Of a stretch of 64,000 bases of DNA, positions 28,400-36,327 are shown piece by piece (the first letter of the stretch is position 1; every line of letters begins with the position of its first letter). Source of the DNA: Candidatus Babeliales bacterium (GTDB lineage Bacteria > Babelota > Babeliae > Babelales > JACPOV01); contig JBAVOR010000031.1 in assembly GCA_049692255.1 (NCBI GenBank), positions 21,744 through 85,743 on the forward strand, written 5' to 3'. Below the pieces are notes generated by a model, which did no database searches, was not told the DNA's origin, and was given only the letters and a program-made list of their open reading frames with translations. The position numbers and the translations under genes are program-made.

Positions 28400-29041
28400 A
28401 TGCATTTTTCTGAACATCTTCCCCTTTTCTTGCAAAAAAAAGCAGATCCAAATGTTCAAACTAAAGAAGGCGTGCCACTAACGGTAGCAATAGATGCAGG
28501 CCACACAGCAACAATCTTGCATTTATTAGAAGCTGGGGCAAATCCCAATGCGTATGTTGATCAAAATTATAGTAAAGTTATTACTCCATTAAACGAAGCT
28601 ATACGCAAGGGTGAACTCGATATCGTAAAGTTATTGTTGCAATTTGGCGCGAACCCTAATATGGGTTACTCTTGCTTAGCAGAGACCACATCGCCTTTAC
28701 TTACAGCAGTAAGAAATAAAATTGGAATTAGAATGCGCGATAACGATAAGCCAATTGTCGCTTCATTGTTGCGGCATGGTGCATATCCCTATGAGGTCAA
28801 TGGGATCAATGTTTTGTCTGTAATGAAACAAGAATATTTCGATAAATATAGTATCCCGGAAGAAAAAAACCGCATTGCATATAAAAAAATTGCGCGCGTT
28901 TTTGTACAATACGCTGGTGTTAAGCGCGCACTATCGGGGGAATTTATAGATCAACAAAAGCGACTGCCCGCAGAAATTATTGCGATGATTATGCCATTTG
29001 TTGGAATCAACTTAGCAAGCGAGTTAGAAGCTAATACTTAG
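28400..29041 (+). CDS. Ankyrin-repeat protein, 5'-truncated paralog of 29718..30608, with F-box/PRANC-like C-terminal tail
   Basis: ANK repeats (G.TPL..A...G....V..LL..GA.PN pattern, e.g. VPLTVAIDAGHTATILHLLEAGANPN). The frame is open upstream to 28217 and still homologous to the paralog (KLSDLSHL vs KLDDLSGL), but has no start codon or signal peptide there. Tail RLPAEIIAMIMPFVGINLASELEANT. Confidence 0.65.
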   Translation: MHFSEHLPLFLQKKADPNVQTKEGVPLTVAIDAGHTATILHLLEAGANPNAYVDQNYSKVITPLNEAIRKGELDIVKLLLQFGANPNMGYSCLAETTSPLLTAVRNKIGIRMRDNDKPIVASLLRHGAYPYEVNGINVLSVMKQEYFDKYSIPEEKNRIAYKKIARVFVQYAGVKRALSGEFIDQQKRLPAEIIAMIMPFVGINLASELEANT

Positions 29042-29469
29042 TTTGCCTTCTTCTCTTTTTCTTGTTCTATATGGTGATCTTGCTGAACCTTATGCGCTAC
29101 TAGAAACATACGCTCAGCTTCATTCTTTAGTAACTCTTCACTTGCACCTTCCAGAATGGCCGGTACACTTTCTGCCGCCTCAACTATAGTTTGTAATAGC
29201 AGATCAACTGCAAGTACTGTAGCCAACTGACTTAACGAATCATTTCCGGAGTGATCTGACACTGGCGCAGCACACATCGCAAAAAGTTTTTCTATTGCAT
29301 CGCAAGCATCTTTTCGCGAATCACCATTGCAATCGCATTTTTTCCTAATTTCTGAGTCCGCCATATATCGTTCCATATATGGCCACTTTCTGGATTGCTC
29401 AGCTCCATGTATAGTTCCTGAAATCCATATGCCCGTTATTAATAGAGTAACCGAACGAAAAGTATTCAC
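29038..29469 (-). CDS. Small secreted protein (hypothetical)
   Basis: 143 aa, GTG start. Signal peptide MNTFRSVTLLITGIWISGTIHG. 4-bp convergent overlap with the ANK gene stop. Confidence 0.55.
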   Translation of the reverse strand: MNTFRSVTLLITGIWISGTIHGAEQSRKWPYMERYMADSEIRKKCDCNGDSRKDACDAIEKLFAMCAAPVSDHSGNDSLSQLATVLAVDLLLQTIVEAAESVPAILEGASEELLKNEAERMFLVAHKVQQDHHIEQEKEKKAN

Positions 29470-29717
29470 AAATAAACCTTTTATATAAATTTACACAATA
29501 TATTTCTTGCAAATAAGATTATATAACATCTTTAGAACTTAGCCAATTCACTTTCTAGATTATAGGTAACCGAAGAAGAATGCTATTGCAGCTATAAAAC
29601 TGTTAAAAAAACAGCTTGTTTATGCAAAAAAATTTCTATTAACCCAATGTGACTTTTTTTATAATGTATCTATGCTAGCACGTATAGTATTAATAGTAGC
29701 AACATTGAAAGAAATAT

Positions 29718-30608
29718 ATGACCCATAAAAAATTGTTCGTTTTACTGTTTCTGGGAGCATTTGCATCTGTAAACTGCGGAACTCCTAACAATACCACTCA
29801 GCCGCCAGAAGGTTCTGCGAATTTTGATCATCTTTTTGCGAACTGGCAGCCAATGAGCGAACCATACGGACATTATCTCGCATCCACCCACCCTTCACCT
29901 GTATACCTAGACCTAGGCTCTTGGTTTGAGGGCATACATCATACTTCTACCGCGACCGACTTCGACCACCTCTATTCCCATATTCAACGTGTGGGCAGTA
30001 AGATTGAAAATCTTCTGAAATTAGATGACTTATCAGGCCTTGAAAAAGATTCTCCGCTCCTTGATTATCAGCTTTACAACTCTTTCCCCAACAAACTTCC
30101 CCTTCTCTTGGAAAAAAAGGCGAATCCTAATGTACAAGGTTGTGTAGGAAACGTCCCACTAGCAGAGGCAATAAACGCCAATAACAGAGAAGCGGTAATA
30201 ATGTTGCTTAAAGCAGGTGCTAACCCAAACGTGGTACACAAATCCATATTTAAAACCACCACTCCTCTAATAAAGACTATCGATCTAGGTATGATTATTT
30301 TATTTAATTCCGAAAAATCCTCGCTTGTTGCAGCCTTACTACGATATGGTGCAGATCCATTGATCAACAATAGCGTAGGGCAAAATGCTCTAGCAATAAT
30401 GAAAGAAAATTACACAGATATACAACCGCAAAAGCGTCATGCTGAATATAAAAAAATTGCGCGCGTTTTTGTACAATACGCTGGTGTTAAGCGCGCACTA
30501 TCGGGGGAATTTATAGATCAACAAATGCGACTGCCCGCAGAAATTATTGCGATGATTATGCCATTTGTTGGAATCAACTTAGCAAGCGAGTTAGAAGCTA
30601 ATACTTAG
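29718..30608 (+). CDS. Secreted/lipoprotein-like ankyrin-repeat protein with F-box/PRANC-like C-terminal tail
   Basis: 296 aa. Signal peptide MTHKKLFVLLFLGAFASVNC (Cys at the cleavage region). ANK repeats (VPLAEAINANNREAVIMLLKAGANPN). The last 54 codons are nearly identical at the DNA level to 28879..29041. Confidence 0.75.
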   Translation: MTHKKLFVLLFLGAFASVNCGTPNNTTQPPEGSANFDHLFANWQPMSEPYGHYLASTHPSPVYLDLGSWFEGIHHTSTATDFDHLYSHIQRVGSKIENLLKLDDLSGLEKDSPLLDYQLYNSFPNKLPLLLEKKANPNVQGCVGNVPLAEAINANNREAVIMLLKAGANPNVVHKSIFKTTTPLIKTIDLGMIILFNSEKSSLVAALLRYGADPLINNSVGQNALAIMKENYTDIQPQKRHAEYKKIARVFVQYAGVKRALSGEFIDQQMRLPAEIIAMIMPFVGINLASELEANT

Positions 30609-30680
30609 TTTGCCTTCTTCGCTTTTTCTTGTTCCATATGTGATCTTGCTGAATTTTATGTGCTGCTGCAAACATATAGT
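30605..30680 (-). pseudogene. Degraded copy of the 3' end of gene 29038..29469
   Basis: ttagtttgccttcttcGctttttcttgttcCatatg-tgatcttgctgaaTT... aligns with 29038..29110 but has a 1-bp deletion and then decays. No ORF. Confidence 0.6.
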
Positions 30681-31068
30681 CCGTTTCAAAATGAAGCTAT
30701 TGATCATTGCTGATGCATATATCTTGCAATGTACTATTACCATGGATATTCGTGATAGTTGAGTAATTTTTAAAAGGTATTAATTGCATAGTCTTTACTT
30801 TGGATAGGAAAAAACCACGCCGTAATAAAAAATATTAGTTGTTTTTTATGCATATTTAATTGAACTCAAAATGTTGGAAATGTTAAGTGTAATACATTTT
30901 AGTGTTTTAGTTCTTATTTGCAAATATCATAAGTCTTTGGCATGAAGGTTCGGTTAAATCGGTATGCATTCACCGTTCGAAAAGAGCAGAAGAGAGAAAA
31001 AAAAACACGCGGTACCGCCTATCCTGGCAGACGTCACAGTTGGTGCTATTCCTAAATCGATCAAATAA

Positions 31069-32052
31069 TCAAGCTGTTTTCAATTTCTCAGCACGGCTTC
31101 TGAATAGCTCACAACGCTCTCTGAGTGGCATATGACCATCTTTTTTTTCCTCTTGCCACAGAGCATTTGTATAAGCACTATCAAATAGCCATAGATTAAA
31201 TTTCTCAATCGTTGTATCGGCTACGCTCACTTGCTCTTGTTGACAGGTTTTTATTGCAGCTTTACCTGCTTGATTAATCTCGTATGTACCTTCAAACCAG
31301 AAGGCGATTGCTTCAAAACATTCTGCTGCTTGTTGCGCAGGCAATCTTTTTTCGAGCAGCTCTAACGCAAACTGATCAGCATACGCTTCTTCAATTGTCA
31401 TGTAGTTTTTTTGACTGCGTAATGTACGATACATATTTAATGTGCTAACACAGCCCCCAACAAATATGCCTCCTGCATAACCAATTACTTGAGCAAGCCT
31501 CTCTCCTGATATATTTGACGCACGCATCTTATGCGATAATGCATAATACACACCGGCTACTGTACTAACAGCTGCACAGAAGGCAACAATATTCTTTGAA
31601 GCCTCTTTGTTACTAAATTGTAAAATCTCTTTGCGGTGCTCAAAATGCGCCATCTCATGTGCCAGGAGAGTCAATATCATCTCATCACTCATTGCGCCCG
31701 CTGGAATTACTTTCGCTCTGATACGTGGAAACAACGGTTCTAGAGCTGCTGCCGTAGAGGGCCAATTACCCAGACTGCGTACCGCATTAAGAGGAAGAAA
31801 TAGAGTATTGTTCACCGCATAATACAGTGGCCCATTGGCTACTCCGCCGCCTGGAAACATATCACTGACTACAATATTTGGCAGCTCCTCAAAGCCAAGT
31901 ACTTTGGTAAGCATGTACTCAACCTTTGATTTAAGCTGATCGGCGGTTATAGTGCTATTCTGTACAGTAGAATCTGGAGCAATAGCTATATTTTTTGAAA
32001 GCGTTGTAGTTATGCACAAAATGGAAAAAACTAACGAAGCAATTTTAAACAT
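31069..32052 (-). CDS. Putative membrane-associated Zn metallopeptidase (M48-like, HExxH)
   Basis: 327 aa. AGGGGA RBS. Signal/anchor MFKIASLVFSILCITTTL. HEMAH (LLAHEMAHFEH), two TM-like segments, and a downstream EEAYADQFALELL resembling the E..AD motif of M48/M56 peptidases. Confidence 0.55.
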   Translation of the reverse strand: MFKIASLVFSILCITTTLSKNIAIAPDSTVQNSTITADQLKSKVEYMLTKVLGFEELPNIVVSDMFPGGGVANGPLYYAVNNTLFLPLNAVRSLGNWPSTAAALEPLFPRIRAKVIPAGAMSDEMILTLLAHEMAHFEHRKEILQFSNKEASKNIVAFCAAVSTVAGVYYALSHKMRASNISGERLAQVIGYAGGIFVGGCVSTLNMYRTLRSQKNYMTIEEAYADQFALELLEKRLPAQQAAECFEAIAFWFEGTYEINQAGKAAIKTCQQEQVSVADTTIEKFNLWLFDSAYTNALWQEEKKDGHMPLRERCELFRSRAEKLKTA

Positions 32053-32220
32053 AAGAATCCCCTAAAAATACCGTAACTTTCATTCTTATGAATGTACCAT
32101 GTAGTAACAAGCGAGTCAAAAAGATCAGGGTTGCATGGAAAACCTATAAAAGTGGTCTTGCCCCCTGAAAATGCCGAGAAACTTCATTAAAAGCTCCAGT
32201 TGCCAGGGAAAGAGGATAGG

Positions 32221-32249
32221 TTGACTTATTTCACCCCCCATGGTAAAAT
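32221..32249 (+). promoter_or_regulatory. Sigma70-like promoter for 32298..33020
   Basis: TTGACT - 17 nt - (TGG)TAAAAT, about 50 nt upstream of the ATG. Confidence 0.5.
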
Positions 32250-32297
32250 TATATTTGTAAATTAAATACAGTCATTACTATACAGAAAGGATACATA

Positions 32298-33020
32298 ATG
32301 AAACGTCTCTTTATTTTATTCATTATTGCAAGCATACACAGTATGCCATCACAAAGTATGCAATTTCTAGTGAGCTGCGTACGCTCACAGCTCACAACAC
32401 AGGCTTTCGCACAAACATCTCCACAACCGCCTGCTGCACAAAAAAACGATGATTATAAAACTTTCTGCGGCATTATCGACATAGCAAAATTATCTGCGCA
32501 AGGCAGTGATTTGCGGCCAGAAGCGGCAGAGAAATTTAATGGTCAATTACTATGCAAAAGACTTCCAGCAAGCACATCGCCAGATGACATACGATTAGCA
32601 TGCACTTGTAACAATCAAAACATAGGAACCATGGGAATAGGATATACGGGAGTCAGCTCAGGAATACTTTCGATTAGTAGCCCTGAACCTGATGCAATAC
32701 TAAGTCGATGGGGAGGCTTGCAACCAGCATGGGGCGGCGACCGTTTTGATTCAAGAGATATGTGGCGTTATCCATTTTTCGCACAAATTAAAGGTGATCG
32801 CTTTAAAACAAATCCATTCTATGTCATGATGCGGGGGCTTAAAGTGACGTCAGTTAATGGTAATGTTATGCCAAAAACCATATTTAATGAAAATATGACC
32901 GAACAAGAGCTTGTAAAAATGTCTCGTAACTGCAACTATCAACAGCTAGAAAAAGAATGGATGACATTGATTGATCAATACAACAAACAGTTTGCTGCAA
33001 CACGAGAGCAAAAAAAATAA
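32298..33020 (+). CDS. Secreted protein (hypothetical)
   Basis: 240 aa. AAAGGA RBS. Signal peptide MKRLFILFIIASIHSMPSQS. Confidence 0.65.
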   Translation: MKRLFILFIIASIHSMPSQSMQFLVSCVRSQLTTQAFAQTSPQPPAAQKNDDYKTFCGIIDIAKLSAQGSDLRPEAAEKFNGQLLCKRLPASTSPDDIRLACTCNNQNIGTMGIGYTGVSSGILSISSPEPDAILSRWGGLQPAWGGDRFDSRDMWRYPFFAQIKGDRFKTNPFYVMMRGLKVTSVNGNVMPKTIFNENMTEQELVKMSRNCNYQQLEKEWMTLIDQYNKQFAATREQKK

Positions 33021-33090
33021 ATCTCCTTTTGCAGATAATACATTCGCAAGAACTGAAGAGCGTGGTTAATGTATTGAGATAAAGTTAAGG

Positions 33091-33131
33091 GCAGGCATGG
33101 TTTTTTATAACTAATGCCTGCTTATTTTTTT
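33091..33131 (+). terminator. Possible rho-independent terminator of 32298..33020
   Basis: 8-bp stem gcaggcat/atgcctgc with a 15-nt loop, followed by TTATTTTTTT. The T-run overlaps the 3' end of the convergent methyltransferase gene. Confidence 0.4.
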
Positions 33132-33721
33132 CTGAATTTCACGCCATACACTCGCGCTAACTGTTGCGGCACAACTCTTTCACACCATGCTAGCCATGTG
33201 GGTACATGTAAATAATATTCATGCGTAACTGAAGCACTATCTGTTTGCAACCACTGATACAGCGTATTACATGAAATAAAGGTCGCATTACGCTCGTGCA
33301 CATCAGTTAATCGTGTTAACTGCACGCTCGGGCAATAGGGGTTGTATTCTAAAATTATTAACATGCCGCCAATCGGCAACAAAGACATAAGCTCATGCAC
33401 TGTTGTCTGCTGTTCAGCTCGCGGCACGTGGTGCAGCATTAACGATGCAATAAGAATGGTGGGTGTATATGCAGTAATATCGTTCAGCTGATTAATCGCG
33501 TGAAATTGCACATCGGCATGCATGCGTTGCGCATGGGCAATAACTGCCATGTCTGTATCAACGCCAATAACGGTGTGCTCAAAAAACAGGCTTGCTAAAC
33601 ACGCAGTCAATAATCCGTCGCCACAACCAACATCAATGATGGTTGCATGTGGTGGCACATCGCCAAGTAACTCTTTAATGCGCTGCGCCTTCCATTGCGC
33701 GCTCGCCAGTTGTTCAGTCAT
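33122..33721 (-). CDS. Class I SAM-dependent methyltransferase
   Basis: ORF 33122..33760; likely start is ATG 33721 (MTEQLASAQW). Motif I IIDVGCGDGLLT, plus post-I and motif II-like segments. Confidence 0.75.
   Translation of the reverse strand: MTEQLASAQWKAQRIKELLGDVPPHATIIDVGCGDGLLTACLASLFFEHTVIGVDTDMAVIAHAQRMHADVQFHAINQLNDITAYTPTILIASLMLHHVPRAEQQTTVHELMSLLPIGGMLIILEYNPYCPSVQLTRLTDVHERNATFISCNTLYQWLQTDSASVTHEYYLHVPTWLAWCERVVPQQLARVYGVKFRKK
33693..33720. repeat. 28-bp perfect direct repeat, left copy (contains the first codons of the methyltransferase)
   Basis: cattgcgcgctcgccagttgttcagtca, identical to 34584..34611. Confidence 0.9.
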
Positions 33722-33738
33722 TATATTGCGCCTCCATC

Positions 33739-33802
33739 GCGCTCTTACCCTTCGATACACCCGTCTTCGCTTTCAGCTACGTCGGGCACTCAGGGTGAGC
33801 GC
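33739..33802. repeat. Family-B GC-rich palindromic element, copy B1 (long form)
   Basis: gcgctcttacccttcgatacacccgtcttcgctttcagctacgtcgggcactcagggtgagcgc. Confidence 0.8.
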
Positions 33803-33807
33803 ATTGT

Positions 33808-33914
33808 AGCAAACTCTTTTTATCAATTGTGCTCATCCCGCCTGCTATGCGCACTATATTTCATAGAGCGCCCCATTCCCTATAGTACGCACTACAGATT
33901 ATAAAGCGCTCATC
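33808..33914 (+). repeat. About 105-bp direct repeat, left copy (flanks GIY-YIG gene 2)
   Basis: tagcaaactctttttatcaattgtgctcatcccgcctgctatgcgcacta...cagattataaagcgctcatc. About 85-90% identical by eye to 34449..34551. Confidence 0.8.
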
Positions 33915-33977
33915 TCGACCCGTCTTTGCCAAGGCTTCGCAGCGGCAAGGTGATTGAGGTATCGCCTGTCCGCCAAA

Positions 33978-34006
33978 GCTTGCCACGCTAGAAAGCGTGG
34001 ATAAGC
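33978..34006 (+). repeat. Family-A extended hairpin, copy A4
   Basis: gcttg-cc-acgc-tagaaa-gcgt-gg-a-taagc. Lies 3 nt from the stop of GIY-YIG gene 34010..34297. Confidence 0.7.
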
Positions 34007-34009
34007 GTA

Positions 34010-34297
34010 CTAATCAAATTGTTTACGTGCGTATTCATGTAGTAATTCAAAATCCCCTCGTATCAGTGCTTCTTTTTTTTTACGACTCCATTTTTTAAGT
34101 TTACGTTCTAATTCAAATGCTTCATCACGAGTATTGCAATTATATGAAAAAACGAGCATTATCGGCAATCGGTGCGATGTATATCCACTAAATATACGTT
34201 GCTCGTGTTGAGATAGACGAATTCCGATATTATCGGTGTGTCCTACATAGTAAGAATCATCAGAACATCTGAGAATATACACAGTAAAATTATTCAT
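34010..34297 (-). CDS. Small stand-alone GIY-YIG nuclease-family protein
   Basis: 95 aa. FTVYILRCSDDSYYVGHTDNIGIRLSQHE ... NTRDEAFELERKLKKW gives the GIY/YVG, R and E core of the GIY-YIG fold. Confidence 0.8.
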   Translation of the reverse strand: MNNFTVYILRCSDDSYYVGHTDNIGIRLSQHEQRIFSGYTSHRLPIMLVFSYNCNTRDEAFELERKLKKWSRKKKEALIRGDFELLHEYARKQFD

Positions 34298-34313
34298 TAA
34301 TTACTTTTCCTGA

Positions 34314-34365
34314 GCGCTCTTACCCTTCGATACACCGCTCTTCGAGCGGCACTCAGGGTGAGCGC
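34314..34365. repeat. Family-B palindromic element, copy B2 (52-bp form)
   Basis: gcgctcttacccttcgatacaccgctcttcgagcggcactcagggtgagcgc. Confidence 0.8.
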
Positions 34366-34448
34366 AGTATAGCAAGCTATTTTTATCAATCTCTCTTATC
34401 TCGACACGGCTTCGTTAAAGCTACGTCAGGTGCTTGGGATGCATAGTT

Positions 34449-34551
34449 TAGCAAACTCTTTTTATCAATTGTGCTCATCCCGCCTGCTATGCGCACTACA
34501 ATGCACAGAGCGCCCACTATAATACGCACTTCAGATTATAAAGCGCTCATC
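34449..34551 (+). repeat. About 105-bp direct repeat, right copy
   Basis: See 33808..33914. Confidence 0.8.
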
Positions 34552-34593
34552 CCGAGTGATCGCGAAGCGATTGTATCGAGGGACATTGCGCGC
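34543..34593. repeat. Family-B palindromic element, copy B3 (inverted orientation, degenerate right end)
   Basis: gcgctcatcccgagtgatcgcgaagcgattgtatcgagggacattgcgcgc. Overlaps the right 28-bp direct repeat. Confidence 0.65.
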
Positions 34594-34611
34594 TCGCCAG
34601 TTGTTCAGTCA
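34584..34611. repeat. 28-bp perfect direct repeat, right copy (2 nt from the lysS stop)
   Basis: Identical to 33693..33720. Here it is followed by c (GTG instead of ATG on the minus strand). Confidence 0.9.
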
Positions 34612-34613
34612 CG

Positions 34614-36110
34614 CTAGTCGTGTTTTTTCTTTAACGTCGGGAATAAGATAACATCTTTAATTGATGTTGTGTTGGTGGCTAGCATTACCAAGCGATCGAT
34701 ACCAATGCCCACACCGGCGGTTGGTGGTAACGCATGTTCTAATGCCAAAATATAGTCAGCATCGTACTGATGCGCCTCTTCATCACCCGCGCGATGGGCA
34801 ACCAACTGTTGCTTAAAACGCTCTGCCTGATCGAGTGGGTCATTTAACTCATTAAAGCCATTGCTGATTTCCATGCCACCAATGAACAGTTCAAACCGTG
34901 CAGCAATAGCCGGGTTATGTGCATCCCGCTTTGCCAATGGAGAGACTTCGATGGGAAAATCGATAACAAAGGTTGGCTGAATCAATTTACTTTCTACCAA
35001 CTCTTCAAATAACGCATAAATCTTTTCTGCATGTGCTGCTTGGCTGTGTTTTGCTTTTACGCCGTGCGCACGCATGGTTGCATCGATGCTATCTGCTGTT
35101 AAGTCTGATGCTGGTATGCCCCCAATTTCAGTTACTGCGTTTACAATAGAAATACGTTTAAACGGTTGAGCAAAATCGATGGTTACTGCACCAAATGGTA
35201 CTGCCAAGTTCCCCACGCTGTCGGTGAGTACAAATCGCAATAACTCTTCTACAAAGGTCATAGCCCCCTGATATTCTTGGTATGCCATATAAAATTCAAG
35301 CATCGTAAATTCAGGGTTATGGCGCGTAGACACTCCCTCATTTCTGAAGTTACGATTAATTTCATAGACCCGTTCAAAGCCCCCTACCACTAACCGCTTT
35401 AAATATAACTCTGGAGCAATACGCAAATAAAAATCACTGCTAAGCGCATTGTGATGGGTAATAAATGGACGGGCTGCAGCACCACCAGCAATCGGGTGCA
35501 ACATGGGTGTTTCTACTTCTAAAAACTGGTGCCGATCAAGGAAAGCGCGCAACGCGCGAATAATGCGGGAACGGGTAGCAAATTTTTGCTTGCTTTCTGC
35601 ACTACTAATCAGATCAAGGTACCGTTGCCGATACCGAATTTCTGTATCAGCAAGCCCATGATATTTTTCTGGCAACGGATGCAATGACTTGCTCAGCATC
35701 TTCCACTCAGTTAACTCAAGGGTAATTTCCCCCATCTTCGTGCGGAACGGAGTGCCGGCACACCAAAGAATGTCTCCAACATCAACGAAGCGTTTAAACT
35801 GCTCGAACGACTGTTCTCCCAGCCCATCTTGACGAACATACAATTGCATGAGCGCAGTGCCGTCTTGAATGTCAGCAAAAATCGTTTTACCATGCCCTCT
35901 AATGCCCATAATACGCCCGGCAATATCATAGCGTGACGCCTGCTGATCGGTACCAAAAGCAGTTAAAATATCTTTAGCTGTATGATCTACCGGTACCATC
36001 TCTGGCCAAGGCTCTATCCCCTGGTCACGCATATCAGTTATTTTTTGCTTTCTTATGGCCAGTTCCTGCGATAAATTAGGGGTAGTTTCGTTCATTTGAT
36101 TCATGAGCAC
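34614..36110 (-). CDS. lysS: Lysyl-tRNA synthetase, class II
   Basis: 498 aa. OB-fold N-domain, class II motifs (FRNEGVSTRHNPEFTMLEFY, GGMEISNGFNELNDP, GIGIDRLVML). Start is GTG 36110 or ATG 36104/36095. Confidence 0.9.
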   Translation of the reverse strand: MLMNQMNETTPNLSQELAIRKQKITDMRDQGIEPWPEMVPVDHTAKDILTAFGTDQQASRYDIAGRIMGIRGHGKTIFADIQDGTALMQLYVRQDGLGEQSFEQFKRFVDVGDILWCAGTPFRTKMGEITLELTEWKMLSKSLHPLPEKYHGLADTEIRYRQRYLDLISSAESKQKFATRSRIIRALRAFLDRHQFLEVETPMLHPIAGGAAARPFITHHNALSSDFYLRIAPELYLKRLVVGGFERVYEINRNFRNEGVSTRHNPEFTMLEFYMAYQEYQGAMTFVEELLRFVLTDSVGNLAVPFGAVTIDFAQPFKRISIVNAVTEIGGIPASDLTADSIDATMRAHGVKAKHSQAAHAEKIYALFEELVESKLIQPTFVIDFPIEVSPLAKRDAHNPAIAARFELFIGGMEISNGFNELNDPLDQAERFKQQLVAHRAGDEEAHQYDADYILALEHALPPTAGVGIGIDRLVMLATNTTSIKDVILFPTLKKKHD

Positions 36111-36327
36111 CTAAAGTTTATTTTTAGTTAAAAATTGGTAAAAAGGCCTTAATTTATCAAAATTACAGGCAACCATCATAATTTTCTAGTTTCTGTCATT
36201 TTTATTTTTTTGGCAAATTACCCCTTGTGGCTCAGGAGAGAACCCCTTCAGTCTTATAGATTTATTGACAAACAGAAATAATGCTATAGAATAAAGAGTA
36301 AGATTCTACTTTTAAAATGGAGTAAAA

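Noticed and set aside
33690-34620. Possible CRISPR array, because of the many closely spaced repeats. The same question arose for 41980..42190 and 62929..63216.
   Set aside because: The repeats are palindromic elements of different lengths, orientations and irregular spacing. There are no uniform direct repeats with unique spacers and no cas genes in the window.
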